Numbered from the whole stretch's first letter, positions 12,752-24,933 are shown. The stretch: 63,598 bases of DNA, filler included, from Globobulimina sp. (GCA_003354225.1; 40 parts of 40 records of this genome joined end to end with filler, not necessarily neighbours in it), one strand, 5' to 3'. Notes: a model not told the origin generated them from the sequence alone. Numbers and translations: made by a program.

Positions 12752-13373
12752 CGTCAATAGCAGCAATAATGTCCATGACAGGAACATTTTTGGTGGTGAA
12801 GGCAAACTTGGGACCTAATGCAAGTACATCTAACTCTGAATCAGTTAAGGGTCTTTCTGATAAATTGACCACCAAAGAGTCCCTGAATTGTTTGTCACAC
12901 CATAATTCCTTCATTTCGCCAAATTTTTCAGAATAAAGATTCTTGAACTTTTTTGATTGATGTTCCTTAACTTTCGAAAATTCTGTTTTGAATTTTTGCT
13001 CAAGTAATTGTTCAATTGTTTGCATTAAATCTGGGTGCACAACACCATTGAGAGCATTGAAAAGAGTTGTCTCTTGTCGAGTAAGATGACTCAAATGATT
13101 GAACAGTTTATGGATAGCAGATCTCATTAAACGTTTTGATGTTTCTTGAAGTAACCATTTATCTTTTCGGCTAGTAAAACGAGAACTGGACAATCGGAAT
13201 CCAACTGGAATAATAAACCACTTCAAGCAACGGCGAATAAAGTTAATATTGTTCTTGGTTCTAGCAATTTTCAATTTTGTTCTTCCCAGGTTACGCAAAT
13301 TTTCGCAGCTCCAAGTACCATAAAGCTCCGTTAAACGATTATTAAGACTAGGCAGTTGATTTATTTGTTCCAT
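12752..13373 (-). CDS. PLE polyprotein N-terminus (3' partial)
   Basis: FIRRCLKWFIIPVGFRL and VVNLSERPLTDSELDVLALGPKFAFT, the conserved PLE N-terminal motifs preceding the RT. Confidence 0.88.
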
Positions 13374-13431
13374 AATTGTATTTTTAGGCGCATACAACTG
13401 CTTTTTAAAAAGTTCTTTATTAGATCAAAAG

Positions 13432-13473
13432 GTCAGACGTTTCGGCGCGTACATTCGCACCTTCATCAGTGAC
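13432..13473 (-). ncRNA. Minimal type I hammerhead ribozyme
   Basis: Minus strand GUCA-CUGAUGA-A-GGUGCG-AAUGUA-CGCGCC-GAAA-C-GUC-UGAC. It has stem I (GUCA/UGAC), the conserved core, a 6-bp stem II, a GUC cleavage triplet and a loopless palindromic (ACGU) stem III. Confidence 0.9.
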
Positions 13474-13552
13474 AGAATTTACCTAGAACATAAACAAAAT
13501 TATTGGAAAATACCACTAAAACATCAAGCAAAACAAATTAATAAAAATAATA

Positions 13553-14242
13553 TCAAAGAAGTCGCGAGAGACTATGGTTTATCACAGGTTCGTCTCTATT
13601 AAAGGTGTTGTTCTTATGAATAAGGTAGGCCTCCTTAGCAATCAATTGTAGTCTACTCTTATCTGAGGCCAAGACAGTCGCTTTTGTTAAATCAAATCGA
13701 TGTCCAGTGGAGTCTATTTGATGTTGAGCCAAGGCAGATTTGTTTACATTTTTGTCTTTTATCGCTTTTTCATGTTCTGCCAATCGACAATGGAGAGGGC
13801 GGGTAGTTTGGCCAATATAGCATTGTGCACAGTCAGAGCAATCAATTTTGTAGACAACATTAGGCAAATCAAAAAGGTCTTTATCAGGCGATTTTCGATA
13901 CAGTAAACTTCCAGTGGTTTTCGGTTTGTCATACATAATCCTTACATCAAATTTTCGCAAAAATGATGCTATTTTTGCAGACAAAGTGGGAATGTAAGGC
14001 AATTTAATCAAAGGCTTTGTTATATCTTCTGGTTGCTTACATTGGCCGATAACATTATCCAATCTGGCCTGTGTTTCAAGTTTTGGGAAACTGGATTTCT
14101 GGAAAGTTTTTAGCAAAGTCACATTTTCTTTTAATAATGATTGATGATTAGAGGACACTTGATGAGCTCGGCGTCCCATAGTTTGCACTACACCCAATTT
14201 TTGGTTTCTTGCTTGGCCACTTGAATAATGTATGTACCTGCC
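13553..14242 (-). CDS. PLE polyprotein C-terminus: RT thumb plus GIY-YIG endonuclease with CCHH motif
   Basis: GRYIHYSS..KLGVV..RA, LPYIPTLS, VVYKIDCSDCAQCYIGQTTRPLHCRLAEH, SALAQH..GHRFD, KEAYLI..FNRD. Confidence 0.92.
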   Translation of the reverse strand, partial: GRYIHYSSGQARNQKLGVVQTMGRRAHQVSSNHQSLLKENVTLLKTFQKSSFPKLETQARLDNVIGQCKQPEDITKPLIKLPYIPTLSAKIASFLRKFDVRIMYDKPKTTGSLLYRKSPDKDLFDLPNVVYKIDCSDCAQCYIGQTTRPLHCRLAEHEKAIKDKNVNKSALAQHQIDSTGHRFDLTKATVLASDKSRLQLIAKEAYLIHKNNTFNRDEPVINHSLSRLL

Positions 14243-14345
14243 ACNNNNNNNNNNNNNNNNNNNNNNNNNNNNNNNNNNNNNNNNNNNNTTAATTAATTAA
14301 NNNNNNNNNNNNNNNNNNNNNNNNNNNNNNNNNNNNNNNNNNNNT

Positions 14346-15837
14346 AGAAGTAATACATATATTACTGGTGAAGTTGAAAGAGGAGAATATATTTTTGTTA
14401 TAGAAATACCATTAGATAAGATGAAACCTATTGATAAATGTTCAAAGCATTTCTTTAAATCATTTCATATTTATAAAGGGGGAGGAACTGAATTTTACGA
14501 TAGATGTATTATTGATTTAATTGAACCATATTTTAAAAATATAAATATACCATATAAAAAAATTTTAACTAGAGAACAAATAAATTTAATGAATAGATGT
14601 GAAAGAGTTAGAAATATACCAAATGTTGATAAGGTTAAAAAAGTATTCAATCAATTAAATGTAAAAAATATTATTCAAACATATAAAATTAAACGAAGTA
14701 AAAAAAATTCAATTGTTTCTAATAATAATATAGTCAATGAATTATCATATGTGATTGAACCTAACAATCATCAGCAATATGTATTAGAAAGAATTGAAGA
14801 ATTTTATAACTTCAATAATATTGGTAAAATTGTTTGGGCGTGTGGTCTTGGAAAAGCTTTATTAAGCATTTTAATTGTAAAATTATTAGAATTTAAATCA
14901 GTTGTAATAGGTGTTCCTAGTAATAATTTACAAAAACAAATTAAAAATGAAATTTTAAAAATATTTCCAAATAAAAACAACATATTGTTTGTTGGAGGCG
15001 ATGAAACAGATGGTATTAAATCATCTACAGACAAAAATCAAATTATAAAATTTCTTAATAATAATCTTAATTATCAACATAAATTTGTGATTTCAACATA
15101 TCATTCGTGTCATTTATTAGTTGATAAAGATATTGCTTTTGAAATTAAAATTGGTGATGAAGCACACCACTTGGTCGGTATTGAAAGAGAAGAAAATAGA
15201 GGTTTTCGGTTATTCCATAAGATAATTTCTTCAAAAACATTATTTATGACTGCAACAGAGAAAACTATTGAAACACGAAAAAATAAAGAAATATATTCTA
15301 TGGAAGATGAAAGTATTTTTGGAAAATATATTGATGTTAAATCAGTTCATTGGGCAATAGAAAATAAAAAAATAACAGATTATAATATTTTAGTTTTGAA
15401 AAATACAGAAGACGAAGTTGATGAAATTATAACTAATTTAAGATTAAATATAATTAATAAAGAAATATTCATATCGTGTTATATGTGTTTAAAATCTTTT
15501 GAAAAGTATAACGATTTAACACATTTATTGTTATATACAAATACAACAGAAGATGCCGAACTATCTAAAAAATATATAAATGAAATTTTATCATTAAATG
15601 TTTTATCAATTCAAAAAGAACAAATTTATAATAATGCACTTCATAGTAAAGATGATAATAATTTTGATAATGAAGTCTATAAATTTAAAAATACACCTTT
15701 TGGAATTATTTCTTGCATATATATTTTCGGTGAAGGGTTTGATTTACCCAAACTAAATGGTGTATGTATTGCTGTAAATATGCAGAGCGAAACTAGAATA
15801 GTCCAATATTTATTAAGGACTAACCGATTAGATTTTG
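14346..15837 (+). CDS. T5orf172-like domain plus superfamily II (DEAH) helicase, probably from a giant virus (Nucleocytoviricota); partial at both ends
   Basis: RSNTYITGE...GGGTEFY N-terminal domain, ACGLGK (motif I), GDEAHH (II), MTAT (III), FGEGFDLPKLNGV (V), RIVQYLLR (VI). Intronless and very AT-rich. Confidence 0.75.
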
Positions 15838-15937
15838 NNNNNNNNNNNNNNNNNNNNNNNNNNNNNNNNNNNNNNNNNNNNTTAATTAATTAANNNNNNN
15901 NNNNNNNNNNNNNNNNNNNNNNNNNNNNNNNNNNNNN

Positions 15938-17430
15938 CAGAGAACAATAATTGAATCAACTTCTTATTTACTTGCTTAATATCTGTCGGATCATCGTCAT
16001 AATAAAACAACTCTTCTGCCCACTCCTTAACCCATTTTCTATCAAACGATACCTTTTCCCCCTTCTCATCCTCAATATGATGCGTTAAATTCTTTGGCAA
16101 TTTCAACGTATCAAAATGGTACGATACCCTCTTTGGAACCGCTCCATACTTCACATTTTTCATGAATTTAATATCTGAACTCTTAATATTTGCTGCAGCA
16201 TCAAATAATTCGTAAAATACATGATATCTTTTTTTGATTTTCTCTCGAAACATATTCTTTTTTTCATTCTTTTTATCTCTAAAACTCTCATCAATGCGAT
16301 TGCTTTCGATGAAGCACCATTCTTCATTCAAATCGTTTCTATGTAATTCGTTATCGATTTCTATCCTCTCCGCATCAAACGTATCCACTTTATGCTCTGC
16401 CTTCTTTTTTTTATTTTGTCTAAAACGCTCATTCAAATCCAAACGTTCATTGTTCCATTTCTCCCAATATCTATCTCTTATTATTTTACTCAGAATATTC
16501 GTATCCGGGGATCTGATAATTCTCGACCAAAAAGACGACTTTTTCGATGCCACTAAGACGTCAAAATCAGTTCCTCCAATTTGTACAAGCTGCCACTTCA
16601 TCGGATTTGTTCTTTCGGAGTGGTTTGAATGTCTAATCGTATCATTATACAATGATTTTAATTTCTGCGCCATTTTATGCTTCGAATCATACCAAATTTC
16701 GGCCGCATACAATAATTTCGGATATACCAAAGCTTTATAAATGTTCACCAAATGCCTTGCAATAAGATCCGATGCGTACTTGTATCTCTTATAAATATTT
16801 AAATATGTTCTTCTTCCATTTACTAAAACTGACTGAAACTGCGCATTCCAATCCAATTTCCAATCTATCCAAATCCCTAAATATCTCACCTTATCGTATT
16901 TCTTCGTTATTGTTTGGTCTCCCATTTTGATATCAAAATACATGGCTTTATGGACTGTGTCATCGGTCACTGCTGCAATGACCATATAATTCTGTTTAAT
17001 GGGTTGCAGAAATAGTCTTTTCTTCTTCGCCAAATAATAGATAAAATCCGTAGCAAATTGCATATTTCTCTTTAGCTGCTCGCCTGACACTGTTCCATCT
17101 GACATCATAGTGTTGTCATCAGCGTAGGCTACGATTAATATGCCTATTTTTAGTCCGTTCACCGCGTCAAACTCGATCGTAATGAATATAAACACGATTG
17201 GCGATGGTGGCCATCCCTGCGGTACACCACAAATGTCCTGTTTCCACTGACAATAAAACCCATAAATTTTTACCCGTCCCCACCTAAATTCTAATGCAAC
17301 ATACAAATAATCCAACGCAAATCCATTAATTCCAATATTAATTCTCATACATTCAATGATAATCTTATGTTGAAGGGTATCAAATGCTGCCTTCAAATCA
17401 ATAAATAATCAGTGCGTATTCTCATTTTTT
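15938..17430 (-). mobile_element. Non-LTR (LINE) retrotransposon reverse transcriptase fragment
   Basis: LFIDLKAAFD, GVPQGWPPSP, AYADD, VRYLGIWID, IYKALVYPKLLYAAEIW. An in-frame TGA at 17409-17411 lies just upstream of LFID. Confidence 0.92.
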
Positions 17431-17530
17431 NNNNNNNNNNNNNNNNNNNNNNNNNNNNNNNNNNNNNNNNNNNNTTAATTAATTAANNNNNNNNNNNNNN
17501 NNNNNNNNNNNNNNNNNNNNNNNNNNNNNN

Positions 17531-18866
17531 TTTCGTTGACAGATCCAATACAATGCACCTTTAACAACTGCTAAATGTGGTTGCCGGGGCGTAAAAAAGG
17601 TCTTCTTTGGAAATTCTTTGAATAATCGATCCAATAAATATGTAGAACTGGCAAAGCCACCGACTACAATAACTTTATCACATTCAGATACCTTTGCATT
17701 GCTGAATAATTCACGTAGAAAATCTATTATTTTTGCAAATACCGCCTCATATAAATACAACCATCCTTTTTTATTTATTTTTAAATTGCGTCGTCCCAAT
17801 TTAAATGAACCAGAAACTAGTGTTTCTTCAGTTGCCTTACTATCTGCATCGATATCCACATTTAATTCTTTATTCCTCTCAAAATCAACAATTTTATACT
17901 CTGCAATGTATTTCTTAATGTGTTTGTACTCTTTTTTTCTCCTCCTGCGGCATTTTGCCAATGCACTATTTATACCAAAGCAAAATGGTACGTTCCAAGC
18001 ATCGGTTGAGTCCAAATCCAATGGACATGAATGTTTCGCCAAAACAAACTCTTGTTTCTGCAGTACCCACAGAGCTGGTTGGCTTGTTTTTACTGCATCT
18101 GTGATGAAAATTGTTTGATCCAAAATGAATGATGTCCATCATAAACAAAAACGTTTTTAAAAACTCCACCATATATATATAATATATAAGACAGATATAT
18201 ACCTATAATATCGTTTGGAAGTAACTCAGTTAATACGCGAAGAAACTTTTCATCAACCTCCAATCCTCCAGCTGCTATACTGTCACTATGTAATTCAGAA
18301 AAGTCAAATGTATCAGATTCAATTTTGATATACGCCGCTTCAATTTTAGTTGCTCCACAATCTAAAACCATAATTTTATCATTTGTTTGTAATCTCAAAT
18401 CACTCCCTTGCGAATTCAATATATGGAAACTTGCAGCAATCGGTGCCAAACATAATTGAAAATATCTCATACCAGCTTTATCTGCACAATATTTCATCAG
18501 TTCTTTACTCATTTCATCGCATATTGCTCCCATGGATATAACCCAAAACACATCGTTGTACTCAATTAACTTCATTCCAGCCATTGCGTTCAAATCATTT
18601 ATATACTTTACAGCATCGATCATCACTGCTTGCAATGATCTGGTTATTAATTCTGATAATGGCAAACTTAAATCACTCTCCGCTGATGCAATTAACACAT
18701 TTTTTTCTAAATGATTGAGAAGCGGTTTTTTTGTTTTCATACAGCCAATAAAAACTATTATTATTTTAATAATATCATTTGGAATTTGCGCCAATAATGG
18801 TGTAGTTGCATCTGATTGCATATAGTCATGCATGTATGCATGGAATAATTGATATAAATCTACCAA
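17531..18866 (-). CDS. HSPA12-like atypical Hsp70 with N-terminal IPxDII motif; one intron at ~18124-18201
   Basis: VFWVIS.GAI..SKELM..A.KAG, IMVLDCG, GGLEVDEKF, IVVGGFASSTYL, PHLAVVKGA. Confidence 0.85.
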
Positions 18867-19348
18867 TTCTTCCGGACAATCTTCAAAATGTAAAATGTTA
18901 CAACATCAATGAAACATTACATAATATATACTGAGTATTACTTAACTGTACAAATATTGCGTGAAATTCTCAAAATACATATATTTACGTGTTTCTCTCT
19001 TCTCATCTGCTTTGACATATAATNNNNNNNNNNNNNNNNNNNNNNNNNNNNNNNNNNNNNNNNNNNNTTAATTAATTAANNNNNNNNNNNNNNNNNNNNN
19101 NNNNNNNNNNNNNNNNNNNNNNNTGGAATTTAAGGTCAATATTGTTGTTCTGGAGGCGCGCAGTGTTCATGCTAAGATTAATAAGAAAAAGTGGATGGAT
19201 AACGGGTTCATTCGACCTAAAATGGGTAACAAATTTATCAGATTAGACTCATAAACCTGTTGCCAGGAATTGCATAGTTCTGTGTGTTGTATATTTGTGT
19301 TTGATCACTTTGAGGCAACAAAAAAAAACTGTCAAGACACATTTCACA

Positions 19349-20616
19349 ATGGAACTCTTCAAAAAGTTCCCAGGTGGGAATAACTTCAAATTAAAAAAAT
19401 TCTTTGACGATAGACAGAAAGTAACCACACAATCCAAAGCATTATACGGATACGGAACTAGTGTATCTGCCGACGAAAGAAAACAATTTCATCAAAAAAA
19501 CTATCGTCGCGCATTTAGTGTCTGCCGCAATGCCTTGGACGAATATGCAAAGCGAGGAGCCACCGCCAACAGAAAAAAAGAAACTGAAGACATCAAAAGA
19601 CCGTGTGAGATCATGGAGGAATTAACGAGATTATGCCAAGACATCCCCCATTTGGTGAAACAGAATTGGAATCACAACGCCTTATCCGAGCTATTTACCA
19701 AATTCCTGAACTTCAATACCAACGAAGAGATCCGTCTGAAATGCATTGTACTCATTTTTGTGGTCATCAACGCTGCAAAAGACTCCTCGCATAAAAAATT
19801 CATTCAATGTCTCAAATATTCTGCAGATTATACCCCGTTTTGCATTCAAATGCCTTTCGAAAACTATTATAACAATTTCAAAAGGAATCTCATTGTCGGT
19901 ATGTCCACAAAGATCTGTCCGCAAAATCGCATATCAAAAATCAAACCTTGTCACATCTAAACAGCACAGGAGCCATTGCCATGGATTCGCATCGGTCCCA
20001 CCAATAAACCACATTGCTTGGACATATTATCGGCGCTGCTATCCCTCGTCAAAGATGCCTCTGATTTCGATTTTTGGTATTTATTCCTCAACAAACACAT
20101 TTACTCACAATTATACTATGCGTGCACCTGCGCCAATGGCTCGTTAGTGCAAACATTATATTCTGATGACCAGAAACACGAATGTTAAGTCTTTACGTTC
20201 TAATCGCATCCTTGCGCAGTATTACACATACATTCACACAGTGGATAAGCCCGAAAATGTAGAAAAAGAAGGCTTTGGCAGTGTGGGCCCTCCGCCCGAG
20301 GTCCAGTGTTTGCTCAGTGAGTGGATCTGCGGCTTACTGCACAACCAAAGCAAAAACAGAATCATCCTCAGCCACAAACTGTATATATTGTATACGTTAC
20401 AGATAATGAAGCATTCCATGCAATTGCCCGTGTCCGACACCATGGTCACGTACAATATGTTAAAACGCGCTGAAAAGTGGATATTAGGCATCAATTTGAC
20501 ACCGAAATTCAAGAGTGAGATTCAGGAATATTATCAAATTATAATCTCGCATTTATTTTGTTTGTTTGAGATTGAAATGTCGCAATTGACCGCGCTTAAA
20601 TTGCACAAGAAAATAA
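19349..20616 (+). CDS. Helical-repeat protein N-terminus, possibly RalGAP-alpha-like; multi-exon
   Basis: Three ORF pieces joinable by GT-AG introns. The resemblance to the RalGAP-alpha N-terminus is weak and by eye only. Confidence 0.35.
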
Positions 20617-20718
20617 NNNNNNNNNNNNNNNNNNNNNNNNNNNNNNNNNNNNNNNNNNNNTTAATTAATTAANNNNNNNNNNNNNNNNNNNNNNNNNNNN
20701 NNNNNNNNNNNNNNNNTA

Positions 20719-21228
20719 TATCCAAAAGCTGTTTATTTACGGGCAAAAATTGATGAATATATCCATTGGCATCATGAGAATATTCGACTTATATCACCCA
20801 CATATGTTGGACCATTAGTTCGTTATGACGTAAGTTTTAAAAATTGGTTAACTAAAACCGATATTTTACAGAGAAGAAAAACAATTAAAAAATCATTGGA
20901 TATTGTTGAAAATAAGCGGTTAAATGGCAATCAATATATTGTAAATAATCAGTTATCAATTGCCGATATAATATGTTATCAAGAAATGGTTCAATTGGAA
21001 GTATGGAATTTATTGAATGATGGAACAAAGTATGGATTTGGTGGCGATGGCTGTAAATATTTAAACAAACATTATCCAAATATCCATGAATGGATACATA
21101 GAATGCGATCATTACCAAAACATGATGAAATACATCAAATATTGGTTTCAAATAATGTGATTTCATTAATTAAAAGCCAATCGATTGCATTTGCGAAAGT
21201 AGAGAAAGAATATTTATCTAAATTATGA
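20719..21228 (+). CDS. Glutathione S-transferase, theta-like, C-terminal domain; ends in peroxisomal signal SKL
   Basis: YPK..LRAKIDEYIHWHHENIR, YIVNNQLSIADI, YPNIHEWIHRM, terminal SKL followed by TGA. Confidence 0.9.
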   Translation, partial: YPKAVYLRAKIDEYIHWHHENIRLISPTYVGPLVRYDVSFKNWLTKTDILQRRKTIKKSLDIVENKRLNGNQYIVNNQLSIADIICYQEMVQLEVWNLLNDGTKYGFGGDGCKYLNKHYPNIHEWIHRMRSLPKHDEIHQILVSNNVISLIKSQSIAFAKVEKEYLSKL

Positions 21229-21691
21229 TTTTCTGCAATATTTATTTAAAAACTTTGATGTATTCCCATGAATATCCACAAGCATCAACAAAGTGTATTT
21301 GCTTACTCAACTTTGATTATTGCCAACTACTTTTTCGTTTTAGAATGTTTGTTTGAGTCTTTTTTTATTGTGGTATTCCTTGAAATCTGTGACTAAGGGA
21401 TGAAGTAAGTAGTCTAGCTAAATTAGTAATTAGTAGTAGTAGGGTGCTAGTCTTAGGGGGGTACATATGATCAATATACCACATTACCCTCTTTTTTAGG
21501 AGAGTCTCAGATTCTTATTTAAGTCTTTGAGTTTTCTTACTTTTTCATCAAAAACAAAAACTCCCTTTCTGTTCTCTGTCCTCGGCAACCATGGGTCCTT
21601 GACTTGGCCCAGTCCATTCATTGATTGCTTTGGTAATCAATTGATGTTTGGATTAAGTATCACAATGACCACCATGGTCAACGTAAATGTG

Positions 21692-21751
21692 TCAATTCGC
21701 CGATCGCGGCAATTGATAATTAACAAAACTCATTGTCGATCGCGACAATGA
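21692..21751. repeat. Two tandem hairpins sharing an ATCG loop
   Basis: TCAATT(C)GCCG-ATCG-CGGCAATTGA and TCATTGTCG-ATCG-CGACAATGA, each followed by TTAACA. Confidence 0.6.
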
Positions 21752-22309
21752 TTAACAGAATTCATTAATGGCGCAATTACGCAATTCCGATTCAATTCAA
21801 TTCAATTCGTGGACGGCGATAGCCATTAATTATCGGCGCAATTTCGCAATTAATTATTCCGAGATCCATGGCGTCGGGCATTGAATACGCATATATCACG
21901 TCGTTGAAGAAGCAAAATAACAAACAATAAATTAACAAACTGTACCCATTGAGCCATGCGACGCTTGAGCGCATCCTGGCCATTGGTACGGTGTTCATTG
22001 ATCATTCAACCACATTCGCCGTAGTGCCTAGTGTGTGTCCATTGAAACCGTTTATCGGTCAATCACTGCGCATGCACTTTCTTGGCATTCGCTTTGTGGT
22101 TTGGATTTGTAGCAATGTTCATTGTGCTAATTGGTTCATTGTTGCTCGTTGCGTGGTTTTGATGGGTCACAGAAGCGCCCTATGCATGGGTTATATTGCC
22201 GTCTGCCTTNNNNNNNNNNNNNNNNNNNNNNNNNNNNNNNNNNNNNNNNNNNNTTAATTAATTAANNNNNNNNNNNNNNNNNNNNNNNNNNNNNNNNNNN
22301 NNNNNNNNN

Positions 22310-23802
22310 TCATTTTGTTGAGAACATACAAGTTTGTATGTTTTTAGTTTTACACAATCCCCAATGCATAAAATTTTTTTGCTTCTGTTGCTTAAATATT
22401 TAGATTGTGATTCAGATGAAAGTGACACAGGAACCAAAAAGAAAAAGAGTAAGAAAGGAAAACAAGCAACAAAGGAAGCAACAGCACAGTATGAATTATT
22501 GACATTTGTTTGGAGAATCAATCCAAAATCTTTTACAGATATAATGTTAGGAATCGTTCAGAACAGCAAAAAAACCAAACATATGATCAGAGCCAATCCA
22601 ACAACAACAATTAACAATATTTTCCAGGATAAATCAAATGTGACTGCCTTCTTTACAGAAGCTACGATTTTATTTAATGAGTGGTCTATGTATGTCGGGA
22701 AACATAGAAACGATTTGATTTTTAAATTGAGAGCATTTTATGACAAAAAGAAAATCGACCAAATCAAATCTGCAGATGAGGTCGATAGATATATCAGAAT
22801 GTTGAATGTAGCGCTAAGTGATTGGCAGAGAGCGTCTATTTTATTAATGCAGTTAGTTTTAGATCCTTTGCTTAATGTACAGTTATTTTATCTTTTTTTG
22901 AATGAATCCATGGCGATCGCAGTTGAAGATTCTATCTCAATTACAATCGCTTTGCAACATGTAACACTTCGATCAAATTTAGAAACAGAAAAGAAATTAC
23001 AAAAAGCTGTAGATCCGATGTGGATGCAATTAATGTTCGCAAATTATGAACATATTAAACTCCTAAAAACACAGCAAACAATTTTCAATCATCAGCAATC
23101 TGTACAGAACATTCAATCAAATAAAAATGCCAACAATTATCCCAACACAAGCAGTGATAATAAGAATGTTGGAAAGTTCAATAATAATCGGATGCCACAG
23201 TTAAGCAAACAAGAGAGAGACGCAAGAATTGTAAGGATAAGACACTGGATAAATGACACAAGAAATAGATTAAAAGATAAATACAAAAGTGAATTTGGAA
23301 AACATTTCTGTGCGGGACATCATATGGAAAATGAACGTTGTTTATCAAAAGGACCAGTCTGTAGAACTGGTGGTTTACAAAGAATTCATCATTGTGTCTG
23401 TAAAGACACTAACCACACAATCCCAAATTGCCCAGTCATTTTCAAATAAAAATCTTTCAATAAATAAGTTGATTGATTATGAGTTCTTTCCACATGACTT
23501 TATGTAAATTAACATTTAATTTTATTGATTTAATTTAATTTCGCATCAAATTCTTTTCATTTTTCCAAATCACAAATTCGTTTCTGTTAAACTGTCAGAA
23601 TTCGTTTTTGAGTCTGACAATTGTACACATATTCAGGTACAATCTCAGAATTGTCAGAGATTGATAAGGAGTGTGCCGGTTTACTCCAGAAATTGGCAGT
23701 CCTTTGGGCTCACCCTCCAAAAATATCTCAACATTTTAATATCATTCTATTTGAGGATTACCTTAGCGACCATCCAAACGGAGTTATAGAAATCAAATTT
23801 AT
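22310..23802 (+). mobile_element. Probable tyrosine-recombinase (DIRS/Ngaro-type) retrotransposon fragment: gag-like ORF (to 23449) and start of RT ORF (~23621 onward)
   Basis: ORF1 ends C-x10-C-x6-C-x8-H-x-C-x-C-x4-H-x4-C. ORF2 has FNIILFEDYLSDHPN, resembling the LxxHP motif that precedes the RT of YR elements. Confidence 0.6.
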
Positions 23803-24933
23803 NNNNNNNNNNNNNNNNNNNNNNNNNNNNNNNNNNNNNNNNNNNNTTAATTAATTAANNNNNNNNNNNNNNNNNNNNNNNNNNNNNNNNNNNNNNNNNN
23901 NNTCAAAGAATTAAAAATGAACAAACATCAAGGCAAGTTCGGCGAAAATAAGTAAATAAATAATTAATAAATACATTTAAGTTAAAAGTGAGTTAACGAT
24001 GGTGATAATGACATGGACATCTGATGCTGTGTGATATTAATTTGTACAAAATAGTAAAAATACGAATGCAATACCTTTGAACGATTATTGTTATTATTAC
24101 CGGATTGTTGAGTAACTTCACTTTGATTAAGCTGTAATTCACAGAAACTTTGTGATAGTGACGCATTATTTGTATCAAATTGAGAGAAATGAAAATCGTC
24201 ATAATCAACATCCATTTGAGTGTCTTGCGATTGAATACCATTGAAAGGTTGGGTGATATTTGACATTTGTGTTTCATTTGAAGCAAATGAAAATACATTG
24301 AAATTCTGTGTATTCATATTTGCTGCCTTTCTGTATTAACAAATACATACTGTTTCTGTCGAAAAAAAAAGAATAATTTAATATTATATACCCTGAAACC
24401 ATGCTGAATACAAACGATTCGTCACTCTCTGCATCGTCTTCATCTTGGTCATAATTTGCGTGCTGTATTTGTGGATTCATACATTTTTTTTGTTTTGAAT
24501 GTGTATGCATTGCAATTGGAGTTTCGGGGATATTATGATCAATGTATCTAGTTTCAATAAACTGCATTGTATTTGCAGAGAATGAACATTCCATTTCTTG
24601 TAATACACACACAATCAAATTAATATCACCTTGAATTGTAAATAATCATATTATGCTGGTCGATTATTAATGTATGTATAGGCCACATACGTTGGTCGAT
24701 TGGTGTGCTGCGTTGGTATTCCGTGGCATAATTCAACTTAATATCCGTCAGAACATCTTGGACGAGATCCATGGTCAGACCCGTTTAATAAACCAACACG
24801 TAAAACTTTGAAAAATTATGTAAAACTTTGAAAAATTATGTTATCTCTCGCCGGGATGTTCAAGCAATCGGTGAGCATGGAGCCAGACTTAGATCCTGGC
24901 TGAATGTTCCCCCACTACTATGTTATGGATGGA

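Larger units (their letters stand above)
12752..14244 (-). mobile_element. Penelope-like retroelement (Penelope/Poseidon-like), tail-to-head junction of a tandem or pseudo-LTR arrangement
   Basis: The 3' end of one copy (RT thumb plus GIY-YIG) is followed by a UTR with a hammerhead motif and AATAAA, then the N-terminus of the next ORF. Confidence 0.92.

Noticed and set aside
12752-17430. Apparent cluster of PLE, viral helicase and LINE RT as one composite mobile system
   Set aside because: These are three separate contigs, adjacent only because of size sorting.
24800-24842. 20-bp tandem duplication GTAAAACTTTGAAAAATTAT
   Set aside because: Simple two-copy slippage with no further structure.
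24850-24912. Hairpin downstream of NUDT1 as a SECIS element
   Set aside because: It lacks the AUGA/GA quartet and apical AA in the sense orientation.
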